64,000 nucleotides of DNA from Camelus ferus (GCF_009834535.1 NC_045696.1:30816001-30880000), one strand, 5' to 3'; shown: positions 1-12,959, counted from the first letter of the stretch. Translations and numbers: made by a program. Notes: generated by a model from the letters alone, not told the origin.

Positions 1-309
1 AATCACAGAAACAGGCTTGATGAATAAAAAAGCATATACATCTCTAAATTTTGATACTGTGTTACAATTTTCTTTTGCCTCAACAATGAATAAAACCACC
101 CTACATGTCTGTGAAAAGTCTGATGTTGGCCAAACAATTTAGCAACCTTACCTAAATTTTAATTTATCTACTTTGCAAAATCTCTGATAATAGAGATTTT
201 GAACAACATTTTTTTTTGTTTTTATTTGCCCAGTTGTCTTTGCTTTTATGAATTATCAATTCTTGTCATTTGCCTATTTTTCTGTTGGGTGGGGGTGTCG
301 ATTTTTAGT

Positions 310-510
310 CTCAATTTGGCTAGGTTTAACTGTATTTCCCAGGATTCCATTTCTGTATGTTTCCAGTTAGGGTAGATTCTCAAATGAGATTATCAGAAGA
401 TTTAGAGACTTGAAGGAACAGAGTAACCACTTGGTAACTAACATTCATTGTTGGTTTGCCGATTTACATTCTTGTCATAAAGCAGCAGCTAGACTTTAAA
501 CTGTTCTATT
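310..510 (+). mobile_element. Degenerate MLT2-like (ERVL) LTR fragment
   Basis: CTCAATTTGGCTAGGTTTAACTGTATTTCCCAGGATTCC...TTCCAGTTAGGGT resembles the 5' part of old MLT2 LTRs (recalled consensus). Confidence 0.45.
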
Positions 511-529
511 AGCCTTTGTAGGGGTAGGA

Positions 530-904
530 GGGACAGAGAAAGAGCGATAGTTTAAGAAATTGGTTTATGCTATTTTGGAGTTTGGGAAGTTCAGAATCTA
601 CAGTGTAGGCTAGTTGGCCAGGGACCCAGAGAAGAGTTGATGCTACAGTTTGAGTTGGAAAGAAGTATGCTGGCAGAATCCTCTCTCCTTCAGAAAAGGT
701 CAGTCTTTTTCTACTAAGGACTTCTACTTAAGGATTTGATAAGGTCTACTCACTTTGCAGAGACTAATCTGCTTTATCCAAAGTCTACTGAATTAAATGT
801 TAATCTCATCTAAAAAATACTTCACAGAAATATCTATAATAACGTTTGACCAAATATCTGAGTACAGTGAGGAGCCAGGCTGACGACTAAGTTTAACCAT
901 AACA
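530..904 (-). mobile_element. MLT2 (MLT2D-like) ERVL LTR
   Basis: Ends in GTTTAACCATAACA, the reverse complement of the TGTGATGGTTAA-type LTR start; contains AAGTCTACTGAATTAAATGTTAATCTCATCTAAAAAATACTTCACAGAAA and TTTGACCAAATATCTG, typical of antisense MLT2. Confidence 0.8.
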
Positions 905-1019
905 ACTGTGTATATTATTTCATCTGCCTACAGACAAGAAACTCGAGACCTAGTACTATCAAAACCCTCTGTTAAATCAGACAGACATTTTACATTTAAC
1001 TCATTTTACAGCCAAAATC

Positions 1020-1432
1020 TCCAGTTTTCCCCCAGAATATTTTCTCCCCTCTTTCTTAGAAATAGAATCCTGGATTTATCTGGGTACATGGCTATTTGGA
1101 ATAAGCACTATATTTCCAAGACTTACTTGAAAATTGTTGTAGTCATGTGGCTAAGATCTAGCCAATGGAATGAAAGAACATTTATGCCTTTTCCAAGAAG
1201 TATCTTTAATGGGAAGGGGTGTGTTCTTCAGGTTCCTTTTATCTAAATTTAATCTGGAGTAAATTAACATTCTAAGTATGGAAGACCAGGTAGATAGTAG
1301 TAAGATGGCTTCCTATATTAGAAAGCTTTAGACTGTTGTCAGATTCAATTTGCTTGAGGAAGACAGATGTTTATATGTTGATTAAGTCACTATTATAATA
1401 GGCTTTTTATTACTATCAGGTAAATAATACAC
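1020..1432 (+). mobile_element. Old MaLR LTR (MLT1J/K-like)
   Basis: CTATATTTCCAAGACTTACTTG...GTCATGTGGCTAAGATCTAGCCAATGGAATG core and a TTAAGTCACT-type 3' end. Confidence 0.6.
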
Positions 1433-3914
1433 TTGTTTTAGATAAACTCTGGCGACTGATCACAATGTGCCTTCTATGTTCTATACAAATCTTTTTACCT
1501 ACATAGAATGGCCCAGTGACTCATTGCCTAGCAAAATTTTTTTCAATGATTTTTTTCCGTACTACCAATTATCTGGCATGACTTTCCAATTAATTATAAA
1601 CATATTTCATTTCCATTAATTAAGGAAATACTCAGAATATTTCAGATGAATTTACAAATCAATGATCTACATGATATATTGACACATTGTAGTAGAATCC
1701 TAGAACTTTCTCAGTTATTTAGACAAAATATCAAATAGCTTAAGACCTTTGTCACATTTAAACAGATTTTTTTTCCTAACTCTGCTTACTTATGATTTTG
1801 TTTTAAAAAAATGGAGTAAAGTTAAAGCCATTATAATACTTTTGCTCTAATAATATTACAGAATTGTAAAATCAGTGTTTTTATGATGCTGGAATAATAT
1901 ATCTCTTCAATTAATACTTTAATCGTTTATTTATTTATCCAGCTATTTATTCTATGCAAGAATTAACAGGAATCTACTGAACACCAGATCCTGTAGTAAG
2001 CTCTGAAGATAAAAGTATACATAAGCACAGGTTCTGCTTTCAAGCTTCCAGTAATCTTTGAAGGAAAAAAAAAGATATTTATCATGCCATGCATCAGATA
2101 CATGAAAGGAATAGGTATAGGATATTAGTGTTGCTAACTTAATATTGGTTTTAATAATTCTCTCTGTTGATGTCCTCCCATAAGAAGTAGAAAAACTGGT
2201 GCTGTGATTATTGATTTCTAAATGCCTGGAGTTTTTCTTCTTTAGAACTGCTGAGAAACTAAGAGAAGAATGGAGAGTCATTTGGACATAGATTAATGGA
2301 TACATCTTTAATGTGGATCCACAGGGACTTTCATAATTTCTCTGGTCATTATATGGCAAGCACCAATTTCTCAGGAAGGCTGGCAGTCATTTTTTTCCCC
2401 TTTAAACAACAGTTTTGTGGTAAGAATAAATCCCTAGGGGTGTAGAAAGTGTCAGTTGTTTGTATTCATAAGAATACTCTCTCTGACTACAGCTGTTAAT
2501 AGTACTCTTTCTCTCTTAAGTAATTCATGTTGCCTGGGACTAGGAAGAAATAACATAGGCAAGGTTTGTCAACATATCCCAGAAGAAAATATCACAGATG
2601 TGTCCTATCCTTTTCAAGTTCAACCAGTATCCCCACTGGATTTATCAATATTTCATGCTGATAAAAACAAATGGGGTGAGGATGAGATCTGATCAGATTT
2701 GATGAGTCTTATAGGAGGAAATAGAACTCAGCAGTAGTTGATAAAAGTGCTAAATGGCTGAAAATAACCCTAAGATGTTCTGAAACCTTCACAGACACGC
2801 TTCTGCAGTTTTCATGATGCTATGGATGGGAAGGAGAGTTGCATAAATGTGAGTCACTTCACTCATTTGTTTAGGAAATGTAAAATGATTAATTTAGCTA
2901 AGTAACAAGACTTTCCATTCTATAAATATAAGTAGCCTTTGTCTTGAAGTTATGAATTATTGAGTAACTGGAAGAATCAATGGGCACTTATGAGTGAGAT
3001 TTTTTAATTGGTACAAAATATCTCCAGACTTGGATGACAAAAGTCCTCAACTGAGAAGAGAAGCAAGATATAGCAAACAGCTGCTAGAATCCAAGAAGTC
3101 AAGGAGTATTGAAAAACACTTAATCAAGCAAATACTATAAAGAAACCCATGAGGAAAAGAAAGGGCCACATTTAGACTTACAGTCTTAATATTTTCAAGT
3201 AAAGAGACAGTAGAAAACCTCTCATAAGAAATCAAGATTACTGGAAGCAGACAATGAGTGATAGTTCTTAATGCTCCTGGTCAAAAATTATAACATGTGG
3301 ATTACAATTTGAGTATATAGAGGACAGCCATCTCTCTCTGATTTACCTTAATCTACTATGAACTACCATATTGTTTTTGGTTTATGGAATCTAAACTTCT
3401 TCCTAAAGTTGATGCTATCTGCCTCCAACCTCCAGATTTTGTGAAGTCCTGGACCTAGTTTCTAAGGTTGATGTTCTTTTAAACTAAGAATACTAGAGCT
3501 AAGTATTAAGTCACCTGTGGTTCTCAATTTTAAAAATACCGCTTTTAATCACATGCTTGAGTTATTGATAAATTTATTTCATATAATAGGACCAGCCTAT
3601 TCTTCTACTATTTCCCCTTATTATCTTCTAAAGAACAGTCATATTTAATCTGAAAACCTGTACTTGGTGCCTTGGTATTAGCTGAAAGACTTGCCTGGTG
3701 CCAAATTTTTGGCTACCTATATTTCTATGGATTATCCCCAAATTTCCATTATACTCATTCCCAAATACTTTGATGAATTTTAATAATATTAAAATGATTA
3801 AATCATAACTTAATGTCTTTTTTAATTCATTGTATAACATTTTTTTGCTTGAACTTTCTCTTAAATTTTAATTGAATGTGTACTCAATTAGTTAAAATAA
3901 ATAATATGGTAGCC

Positions 3915-3987
3915 AACTCATAGAATTGTGAGAAAAATAAAACATTTTTTGAGATAGCTTGTTATGAAGTAACAGATAATTGCTGCA
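3915..3987 (+). mobile_element. 3' remnant of the 5' LTR of a MaLR (MLT1) provirus
   Basis: ACTCATAGAATTGTGAGAAAAATAAA...TTGTTATGAAGTAACAGATAATTG resembles an MLT1 LTR end and the LTR end at ~6495-6580; directly followed by MaLR internal sequence. Confidence 0.5.
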
Positions 3988-3989
3988 GA

Positions 3990-4935
3990 AATAGATGAAA
4001 TAATGTAGAAATGGGTTGCTGCCATAACCAAACTTTAAACTATGTGGGTTGAATTTAACAGGAAGCAATAAGCTGAGATTGGCAATGCAATGGGGAAACT
4101 GTTAGAAAAGCATGGAAAAGGGCTACTTACATTTCTAATAGTGAAATAATTAATGATGAATGTTGACTGTGATAACTTGGAACATAAAAAAATGCATATA
4201 ATGATTTTGTGAACATTGACAGATTATTTCCATGTAAAAATTTAGAAGTATCATTGGCTTCCTTTAACTGTCAATAATATTATACAAGAAAGATATAAAC
4301 TAAACTGGAACATTACAATTTACAAAAAATAATTTAGAGAGAATATAGATGATCCAGTACTTTCTGATTTAGAAAACAAAACATGTTATCAATTCCAGGC
4401 TCTCAAGTTTCAAAAGATTTTTAGACCAAGAATAGCCTCAAAGTCAAAAGAAAGTAAAAAATGTAGGTAAAAACCAATGATTACGCCTACTGAATGACTT
4501 AAGTTGATGCCTAGTATACTCACTCAATAGAAAAAGTGCTCCTAAGAATCTTAAGAACATTGCTCTACAGCAGCCTGAAATTCCCAAAGTTTATAGACAA
4601 CTGTCCAAATTATGTGTGGTGATTGGGGAATACAAAGGAACCAATCAGGTTTAGAAGAAATCCAGAAGAAATTTAAGAAAGTTATATTGGTGAAAGTAAT
4701 GCAAGCTTGGACTAAAAGGGTTCTAATGAAAAATTTTAAAAAATTGACTTTCAGCCCCTAGCATGCTATGAACAGGAAAGAGGTTGAGAAAAATACTAAG
4801 CTAAACACATGACTTATTTTTTATGGGGAAAAAAAAAAAGTTTTGATCATAGGGCAGAGATCCACAGACAACAATGGACCAGAAGCTTCTTTGGGGCAGA
4901 ACATATGTTGAATCAAAAAATATTTTATGACTTCA
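3990..4935 (+). mobile_element. MaLR internal sequence (MLT1-int), 5' part
   Basis: AAATGGGTTGCTGCCATAACCAAAC...GGAAACTGTT...TGTGATAACTTGGAACATAAAAA...TTGGCTTCCTTTAACTG matches the start of MLT1-int. Confidence 0.7.
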
Positions 4936-5734
4936 ATGGTCATCATTAAAAAGTCCACAAATGATAAATGCTGGAGAGGCTATAGAGAAAAGGGAACCCT
5001 CCTATACTGTTGGTGGTAATGTAGTTTTGTGTAGCCATTATGGAAAACAGTATGGAAATTCCTCAAAAGACTAAAAATAGACTCACTGTATGATCTGGCA
5101 ATCCCACTCATGGGCATATACCCAGGGGGAACCTTGATTCAAAAGGACACATGCACCCCAACGTTCATAGAAGTACTATTTACAATAGCCAAGAAATGGA
5201 AAAAATCTAAATGTTCACTGACAGATGACTGGATAAAGAAGCTGTGGTATATTTATACAATTGAATACTACTCAGCCATAAAAAAATAAAATAATGCAAT
5301 TTGCACAACATGGATGGACCTGGAGATTGTCATTCTAAGTGAAGTAAGACAGAAAGAGAAAGAAAAATACCATATGATATCACTTATATGTGGAATCTAA
5401 GAAAAAAAAAAGACAAACAAACTTATCTGCAAAACAGAAATAGACTCAAAGACATAGAAAATAAACTTATGGTTACCAGTTGGGGAAGGGGGTGGGATGG
5501 GATAAACTGGGAGTTCAAGATTTGCAGATCCTAACTAATATACATAAAATAGATAAACATCAAGTTTATACTTTATAGCACAGGGAACTACATTTAATAT
5601 CTTGTAATAACTTATGGTGAAAAGAACATGAAAACAAATATATGTATGTTCATGTATGACTAAAGCATTATGCAGTACACCAGACATTGACACATTTTAA
5701 ACTGACTATACTTCAATAAAAAGTGTATGTATAC
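4936..5734 (+). mobile_element. 5'-truncated, relatively young artiodactyl/camelid L1 (ORF2 end plus 3'UTR)
   Basis: L1 motifs GAATACTACTCAGCCATAAAAAA and TCACTTATATGTGGAATCTAA; ends ACTGACTATACTTCAATAAAA; TSD AAAAAATATTTTATGACTTCA (4915-4935) / AAAAAAGTATTTCATGACCTCA (5735-5756). Confidence 0.95.
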
Positions 5735-5756
5735 AAAAAAGTATTTCATGACCTCA

Positions 5757-6065
5757 GAATTGAGAGGACTATGTGGCTGCCACATTGCTATAGAACAGTG
5801 ATTGCCATGCACCTCTAATTTTTCCCAGTTTTAAATGTGAGTGACTATGACTGTTACTCTGTCCTTAAATAATCATTGTATATTGGTTGCATTATAAATC
5901 AATGGGAGCCACATCTGAGAAGCTATCTCTGCATACAATTCTAAATCATGGGATCCTGGACTCAGTATCCAATGTCATGGTTGGATGAGACATTTAGAAG
6001 TGTTGTGAATTAATTTGTGCATTTTTTATGTTGGTGGAGGAGCATAAATCAATGGAAGGAAATTA
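5757..6065 (+). mobile_element. MaLR internal sequence (MLT1-int), 3' part
   Basis: ATTGCTATAGAACAGTGATTGCCATGCACCTC...CATTGTATATTGG...GGATGAGAC resembles the MLT1-int 3' end; resumes right after the L1 TSD. Confidence 0.65.
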
Positions 6066-6582
6066 CCGTAGATTGTTCTCATTAATATTTTCACTCCTCT
6101 TTATGAGCATGTACTTTGATAGTTTCCTTTCACATTGGCACTGATACAGTATGTCTTCAGACTTCTTTGGCCAATGGAACACAAGAAAAGAAAGTCAAGC
6201 CTGCAGAGACTTCTTAAATATTTATATATTTGGGCTCTCCTACTTTTGCTATTCTTGGTATCATGTAACTGCTATACGTAGAATTCTCAAATAGTCTGAT
6301 GTATGATAAGAGATAATGTAACTCAATTTCAGCCATTGTGTAATCCAACAATGGCCTGCCAACATCCAGATAAATGATTAAAACCATCCTAAATTATCTA
6401 GCTTTCTGCTGACATAATAGATGATTTAAGCTACTTCAGCAAGTTCAAACAAGTTTGGCTGAGCCAATTCAAACTTGAAGAATCAATAACTCAACCCACA
6501 GAATCTTGAGATAAATTAATGATTTTTTAAAAAGCTTCTATGCTTTAGGGTTTTTTGTTATAACCCAAAGATAACTGACAGA
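6066..6582 (+). mobile_element. 3' LTR of the MaLR provirus (MLT1G/H-like)
   Basis: ACTTCTTTGGCCAATGGAACA core; CCCACAGAATCTTGAGATAAA...TTTGTTATAACCCAAAGATAACTGACA end. Confidence 0.7.
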
Positions 6583-8759
6583 AATAACTGGACATGTTTC
6601 ATAATATATTTTAAACTAGATAATACAGATTTATCCAAAGCAATTGATCTGAAAGAACAAATCATTTTACTTGATATCTTTTTATATTTAATATTGATAA
6701 GATACAGAATAATCAAATAGAATCAGTAGAAGAAAATGGAGACAGAAAATAATCATTTCAGACCTTCACCCTGAAAGGGAGATATATTTTAAGAAGATAG
6801 TTGCATACCATGAGGAAGTGGAATGTATAAGATAATAGTATGTGTTAGCCAATTACAAGGACTTTGAACACTTAAAAATAAATTTCTAAGGGGTTTTTAG
6901 AATTGAAGCAATTTTATAAGAGATAAAGTCAGTATGAAAATATAAACAAGTTGTGTAGTGCAATCTGTCAAAAAGTTTAGTGATGAAATCAGTCAATTCG
7001 GTTTCAGAAGTAATTACTATGTCACTGCTACTTGCAAAGATTCATTCTGGGTAATGAAAGTACAAACACACCATCACTTTCCTTAAAGAGCCTGCTGTCT
7101 AGTAGGAGATTAGAAAATATATTTAGGAGATATTTACCTCAAAGAAAAGTTACACAATTCTTATTTGTTTCTTTGATTATTACAAGATAAACATCATCAG
7201 ACAAGATTTGTAGCCAGAGTTGAACAGTCTAATGTATAGTGAGAGGCTAGAATCTCACTGCTAACAGGAACCTGAATGTGCAACAGAATTAAATTTTGAT
7301 TTTTAATACTAACATCTGGTTACTTCTCCACTGACTCTGTGTTTAAAGGAAAAAAAACTGTCTGAGAGTTACTAAACCACTACTGCTACTTGGCCAGTTT
7401 GTTAGATATTAGATTTTATTTCTAGCATGTAAAGTGGACAAAGTCTAACAAGCCAGCCAAGCAACTTTAGGTAGAGTTAACTCTCTAATTCAGACTTGCA
7501 CACTGATGTCTTAGTTTTTTCCAATGAAAAGTGCAAGTAAGAGACGTAGTCAAATGCCCTGCTTCAAGCCCAAGGGGGTTATCAATTAGGAAAAGATGGC
7601 TACAAACCCACAATCTTTAAAAAATAAATAAGTTAAATCGTTAATTATGAGGACACAATAGCAGATTACCTAGATCCTATCCTTTGTGGAATTCAAGGTT
7701 ATCATTTTGTAAGTTGGTACCTCTAGGTGATCCTAGAAAACTTCTGGAAATACTATAGACAAACTATGGCTAATTTAGAAAAAAAAGTTTGGATACTCTT
7801 AATAACTTCACACCATGAAAAAATCATATCTGTTATTGTCTTCCATTAAGGCCTGAATTTATTTCTCATAACATGTGTTAAAATAAGGATTTCTTTATTT
7901 TAATGAGATAAAATGAGATATTAATAAATACCCTTGACTAAATGATAGGATTTATTTTACCTAATCATAATTCCAATTGAGCAATTACAGGGAGGTTTAT
8001 ATGTTAATTTATTAAAAGTTGTATTATAAACTTAAAACATAAAATTTTGCATATGTCTTTGATTGAAATAAATAAAACTAAGAATGTCTACTTAATGAAT
8101 TAATGTACTTGGTATATTGACTATAACATTTCTGAATGGTTTGTTGCCCATTCTTAGAGACAGAATATTCAGCACCAGAAGTGCTCTGATATGTAAACAG
8201 GTCTGATTAGGATTCTTCTGATAGGATTTGACTGTCACACATGTGGAGATTTCCAATGTCCTTGAGCAACATCACAGAACTTGTCCAGCTTCAAAAGGGA
8301 GAGTAGTTTTGTGTAGATTTGGGGGACCTCACTTATTCATTTAAGATTCCCAAAGGGTACAAGCTAAGAGATTCCACACTGGGAAAACAAGGACCTTATC
8401 CTCTCCTAGTGAAAAATGAACTTTCCATTGTGGTCCCCAGATCATTGTAACACCAACATTTTACAAAGTCTATGGCTCCTTCTCCATGAGTTGCTATTGC
8501 CAATGAGTAGAAACTCTTCCAATTATCTTTGTTTTCCTTTCCTCAGTTCAAGGGCCTGATCTATCATGAGAATGCTAATACCAACTGCTCTATTCTGGAG
8601 AAAATTGTTTTATCAGATTAAGCAACTGTTCTTCAACAACAACTGAAATGATACATTTAGATGGTAGTATTTCAAGGCTAGAAGATGCTTCTTTTTTTTT
8701 TTTCCCAAGTAGAAGAGGTGAGGACATTGGTGGCTACTGTCCCTGAGGATGCCTTCTTG

Positions 8760-9760
8760 TAACTTCCCGTTAGTGAAAAAGCAGAGCTGGCAGTTGATTT
8801 AGTCATGTTCTCTTTGCAGCTGAATCTCTTTCTTAAAATGCAGGCATAAGAGAAGGTTCTGAGCCTTTGTGTGACCTTAGGCACAGATTGATATTTTAAA
8901 CCCCACGCTTTCAGTAAAGCAAGAGTTTAGCGTCTTTTTATGATTCAGTACTATTCCATGATAAAATGACCTGTTATCTTTGTACCACATCTTCCTCCAG
9001 CTTAAGAGCAAAGAAGATTGTCGCTATCACCAAAGAGATAATGGCACACATAGATCTCTTTCCATAAATGGTTAACAAAACTTAAAGTCTTCATAGGATC
9101 CAAGATGAAGAGTAAAAGCAGTTGGTGTGTTCTCCTCTCTCCCCAGCATGATAATTTGTCACAGACATTGAGTCAACACCACTCTGACAAGAAAAGACGG
9201 TGAAACGGGTTAAGGGCATGGCTTTTACACACTTCGGACAATGACAGCCTTCTCACAATCTGTAGCTCAGCATTACCAGGAATAGCTTTCTGAAAGTGCA
9301 ATGTGCCCCTTCAGTAGAAAACAGCAAAAATAACTGTCAAATGTTAAGTAGACAGTCATCTGGTTTTCGCGTAGTCTAGTTATAAAAAAGCCTCTGAGTC
9401 ACCTCTGCTAAAATAGAAAGACAATTTCCAAATAGTAAGCTTTTGTTCACCAGTGCGTGACTGTAACTGTTAACAAAAAGAAAACTTTATTCTTGGCGTT
9501 ACCAACCACCTTCTTCATATCCTATTCCAGCTCACTGGCAAATCTAATTACCTTCCTCCCATTTTGGTAGGGCTTCCTTATTTCCTTGACATACATATTT
9601 AATCCAAAACATTTAAAAATTATTATTTTACAATATCTACCTGTTTGAGAATGTTGAAATCGGTGCTAAGGATTGTTTCTAAAAGTCACTGCTGTCATTT
9701 CTGCTGCTATTCTTCCCTTCCCCTCATAGCTTATCTGCCACATATACCGAGTTGGTCCAA
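8760..9760. promoter_or_regulatory. Candidate cis-regulatory island (non-repeat, CpG-retaining)
   Basis: About 13 CpGs in 1 kb versus about 3 in the preceding 2 kb (hand count); AP-1 TGAGTCA at 9169-9175 and 9395-9401; TATAAAA at 9381. Confidence 0.3.
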
Positions 9761-10027
9761 CTCAACTTGGATTATATCTACAACCAAAGGAAGCCTTATA
9801 ATCAAGTAGAATTCTGACATGACAGACCATCAAGCATCTTTCTTGATGTTTCATGAAGCCAAAAATGCTTTGTGCCCTTTGAAATTTGTAATGCATGATA
9901 AGAAATGGAATGTCTCTACCTCTATCTGCATTTAAAGGTCTTAGAGAGAAATAGAAGCATAGTAAGATAGACTACTTCATGTTAAAAGCTCTAATTATAT
10001 GTCTTTGAAGCCTGGATCTCTCTAGAA

Positions 10028-10239
10028 TAGGATTTCCTGAAGTTGGTACTATTGATATTCTAGGCACCGTTCCTGTTGGGGCGTGAGGGGCTTCTGGTGC
10101 GTTGTAGATGTTTAGCAACATCCCTGACTACTACTGTCTAGTTGCAAATAACATTCTCACCATATATAACAAAGATATCTCCAGACATTGTCATTTATTT
10201 CCTGAGTGTCAAAACAGAATCACTAGTTAAGAACCATTG
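10028..10239 (-). mobile_element. MER20 hAT-Charlie DNA transposon
   Basis: GATGTTTAGCAACATCCCTG, ATCTCCAGACATTG and terminal TTAAGAACCATTG; degenerate 8-bp TSD CTCTAGAA / CTATGGAA. Confidence 0.85.
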
Positions 10240-12390
10240 CTATGGAATTTGAGTATTATTATATGGGGCTAATCGATGGAGAAAATTTGAGTAAAAAAAA
10301 TGTTTTACTAATAATCACATTTCCCTCTAAATAAGATTGCATGACTCAGCAAAGTTTGCCTGAATGATTCCTCTCTACTGGAGCCCATGGTGTACCTGCC
10401 TTTCAGTGAACCTCCCAAACTAGCCTGGACACATCTATTCCATGTGCTGAAACACTGGGCTTCCAAATGATGTTTTCTTCATGACCAAATGCATGACCAA
10501 ATTGCATATAAAAATGCTTGCAATAAAATGAGCAATGAATTTAAAATTACTACTACATGCTTAATCATCTACACTCTGTCAGAAAAATACAATAGTTCAC
10601 ATTGTTGAGACGCCCCCAATCTCTCCAGAAAAAAGGTAAGCTGTAAAAAGTATAGTAAGATAAGCTTCACATATCCAGCAACTTGAAATCTAAGAAGATT
10701 TTAACTTTTTTTTGCAATGTGCCCTATTTGTGTGCTGTCAAAATAGTTTTTTAAATCATTATGCTAGATGAAAATAGATACCTTTCTGATATGGAATGTT
10801 TCAAAGGTATAATCAATTAATCAGTCAGACATGTGAAAAAAAATAAGTTTGGAACATTTTTGTTCCTTGCATGTTTTTCTGACAACATGTTGGTTATTCT
10901 AAAATTTTAGGTTTTATTTTATACTGTTCTGAAAGTGTGTGTGTGCATGTGTATTTGGATCTGTGTGTATTTTAAGTTTTAAGTCCTAGACTTGGCTTTA
11001 AATGGACAATGGTAGGTTTACAAATGGGTAAACAGAATGGTTTCGGGTTATATAGATGATTTTTAGTTATACAGGAAAACTGAATTTTAAAAGGCCTAAG
11101 TTAGCTATGGTGGTTGGTCTTTTCTTCAGGAGATGTATTATACATTTTCACTTCCTGTAACTGAGTTGATTGATTCACTTTAGAAAAGACTGCAAACCAA
11201 AATACCTTGAAGACCTGGTGACATCAGTGGTTCTCAAAGCTGAGTCTCTGCTAGTTCAAAAAATCAAAAATAAAAACAACTTTCTGTGGGATGGATTCTG
11301 CCTGTTCTGCGTACTAACTGCCAATTTTTAAGGCTTTTAAACATATTTTTTAATGATGTTTTTAACTACAGATTCATTTTATAGTAATAATTATGTCCCA
11401 TTTCTGTCTTAGTTTTAATTGTATATATCACTTGAACCATGTGGTTCCAGTCCTAATTTCATAAATTAGTTATTTATAGAAAGTACTATGTAATGTGATA
11501 TAAAACATTTATTCAAAAATTATTTTTATATTACCAAGGCTTCTATGTTAGGTATAGTAATCAAATAATATAATAAAACACTTTAAAAAATTAATTGAAT
11601 TAGAAAAACACCAACCATGGATTATTTTGACCCTCAGCAAAAGAATGAATGGAAAAAGTCAACTACAACTCTGATGTAAAAAAAAAAAACATCATCATCT
11701 AATAGTTCTGATTTTTTAAAATTTTTTTCTATTATTCTTGTTAGAAGTGCTAAAATTCTTATATTAAATTTTAAGGTAATTTTAATATGTATACTGAAAG
11801 CAGTATTTATTTTTATTCCACAGAAAATATGAACTATAAAGGTTTCTTTTAAGTCTTTGTAGGTATTCTGATTTTGTTTTAATGGGAAGAAAAGTATTTT
11901 CTTAACTCTTGATGATTAGAACAATAGCACACACTAGTAATAAATTACTCATAGGATGATTTGACCAAGGTCACTGAAGCAAAATTTTATAAAACTTCTA
12001 ACCCTTGCTTTTTCTCAGAATGCAATAAAATTTAATTTATAATAAATGAAATATATGAACTCAACTTCAGGAATATAAAAATATCAACTGAAAGCCCCAG
12101 TTTATGTGGTAAGTTTCTTGCATGTAAAATGTCAGGGATGATTTCAAACTTACATTAGGTTATACTGCTACATGAATTCATTTTTTAAAAAAATGTTAAA
12201 GCCAAAATTTTAGATGGTAAATAATTAAGGGATGAGATGGCTATGATTCACTTGACACTGTAAAAAATTTAAATACCCTCAGAATACAGGCATATCATAG
12301 GATTTGAGCTTCTGACCTTCCACAGTATTATGTAAACACTTTGTTTCCTAGGCTATGCAGGGTTTTGTTTTTTTAAATAAGAACATGGAA

Positions 12391-12393
<3 letters not shown>

Positions 12394-12441
<48 letters not shown>

Positions 12442-12450
12442 CGCGTGCGC
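12394..12450. repeat. (TG)20(CG)6TGCGC compound microsatellite
   Basis: Read directly; 57 bp of uninterrupted purine-pyrimidine alternation. Confidence 0.98.
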
Positions 12451-12720
12451 CCTGAGAACACTTAAGATATAGTCTCTTAGCAAATTTCAGGTATACAGTA
12501 TTGTTAAGGATGATCACCATGCTGTACGTTAGATTCCTAGAACTTATTTCACTTCTAACTGAATGTTTGAACTCTTTCTCTCCCCATTTCTTCCACCTCC
12601 CATGCCCCGGCAACCACCATTCTATTCTCTGGTTCTTAGTTCAATTGCTTTAGATTATTAGATCATTATTAGTTTTTAGATTATTAGTTAGGTTTTAGAT
12701 CTAACGTATAAGTGATATAT
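12451..12720 (-). mobile_element. L1 3' end fragment (L1MA9-like)
   Basis: TGAGAACACTTAAGATATAGTCTCTTAGCAAATTTCAGGTATAC...CACCATGCTGTAC...GGCAACCACCATTCTATTCTCTG. Confidence 0.85.
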
Positions 12721-12959
12721 GTAAATTGGATAAATGATCTTGACTCTGAACATAAAATTTCTAAAATTTATTTTTATTAGCAAAAGCTTGTTAATAATTT
12801 TAACAATTTTAAACCAAAAACATACTAGTCTTTTCATTTTAAAATGTTATGTTTCCAACAGTTTTGAGTTTATATTTTTGTGTTTTAAATTTTGGATAAG
12901 AAAAGTAATAAATCTATAGATAGGGGTGTGTGTGTGTGTGTGCCATGCAAGTCATTTGA

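Noticed and set aside
908..2359. ORFs of 112 and 135 aa near the window start
   Set aside because: The first overlaps an MLT1 LTR; both use non-ATG starts and resemble no protein I know
11225..11260. CAGTGGTTCTCAAAG hAT-Charlie terminal repeat
   Set aside because: No matching second terminus or recognisable body; too short to call
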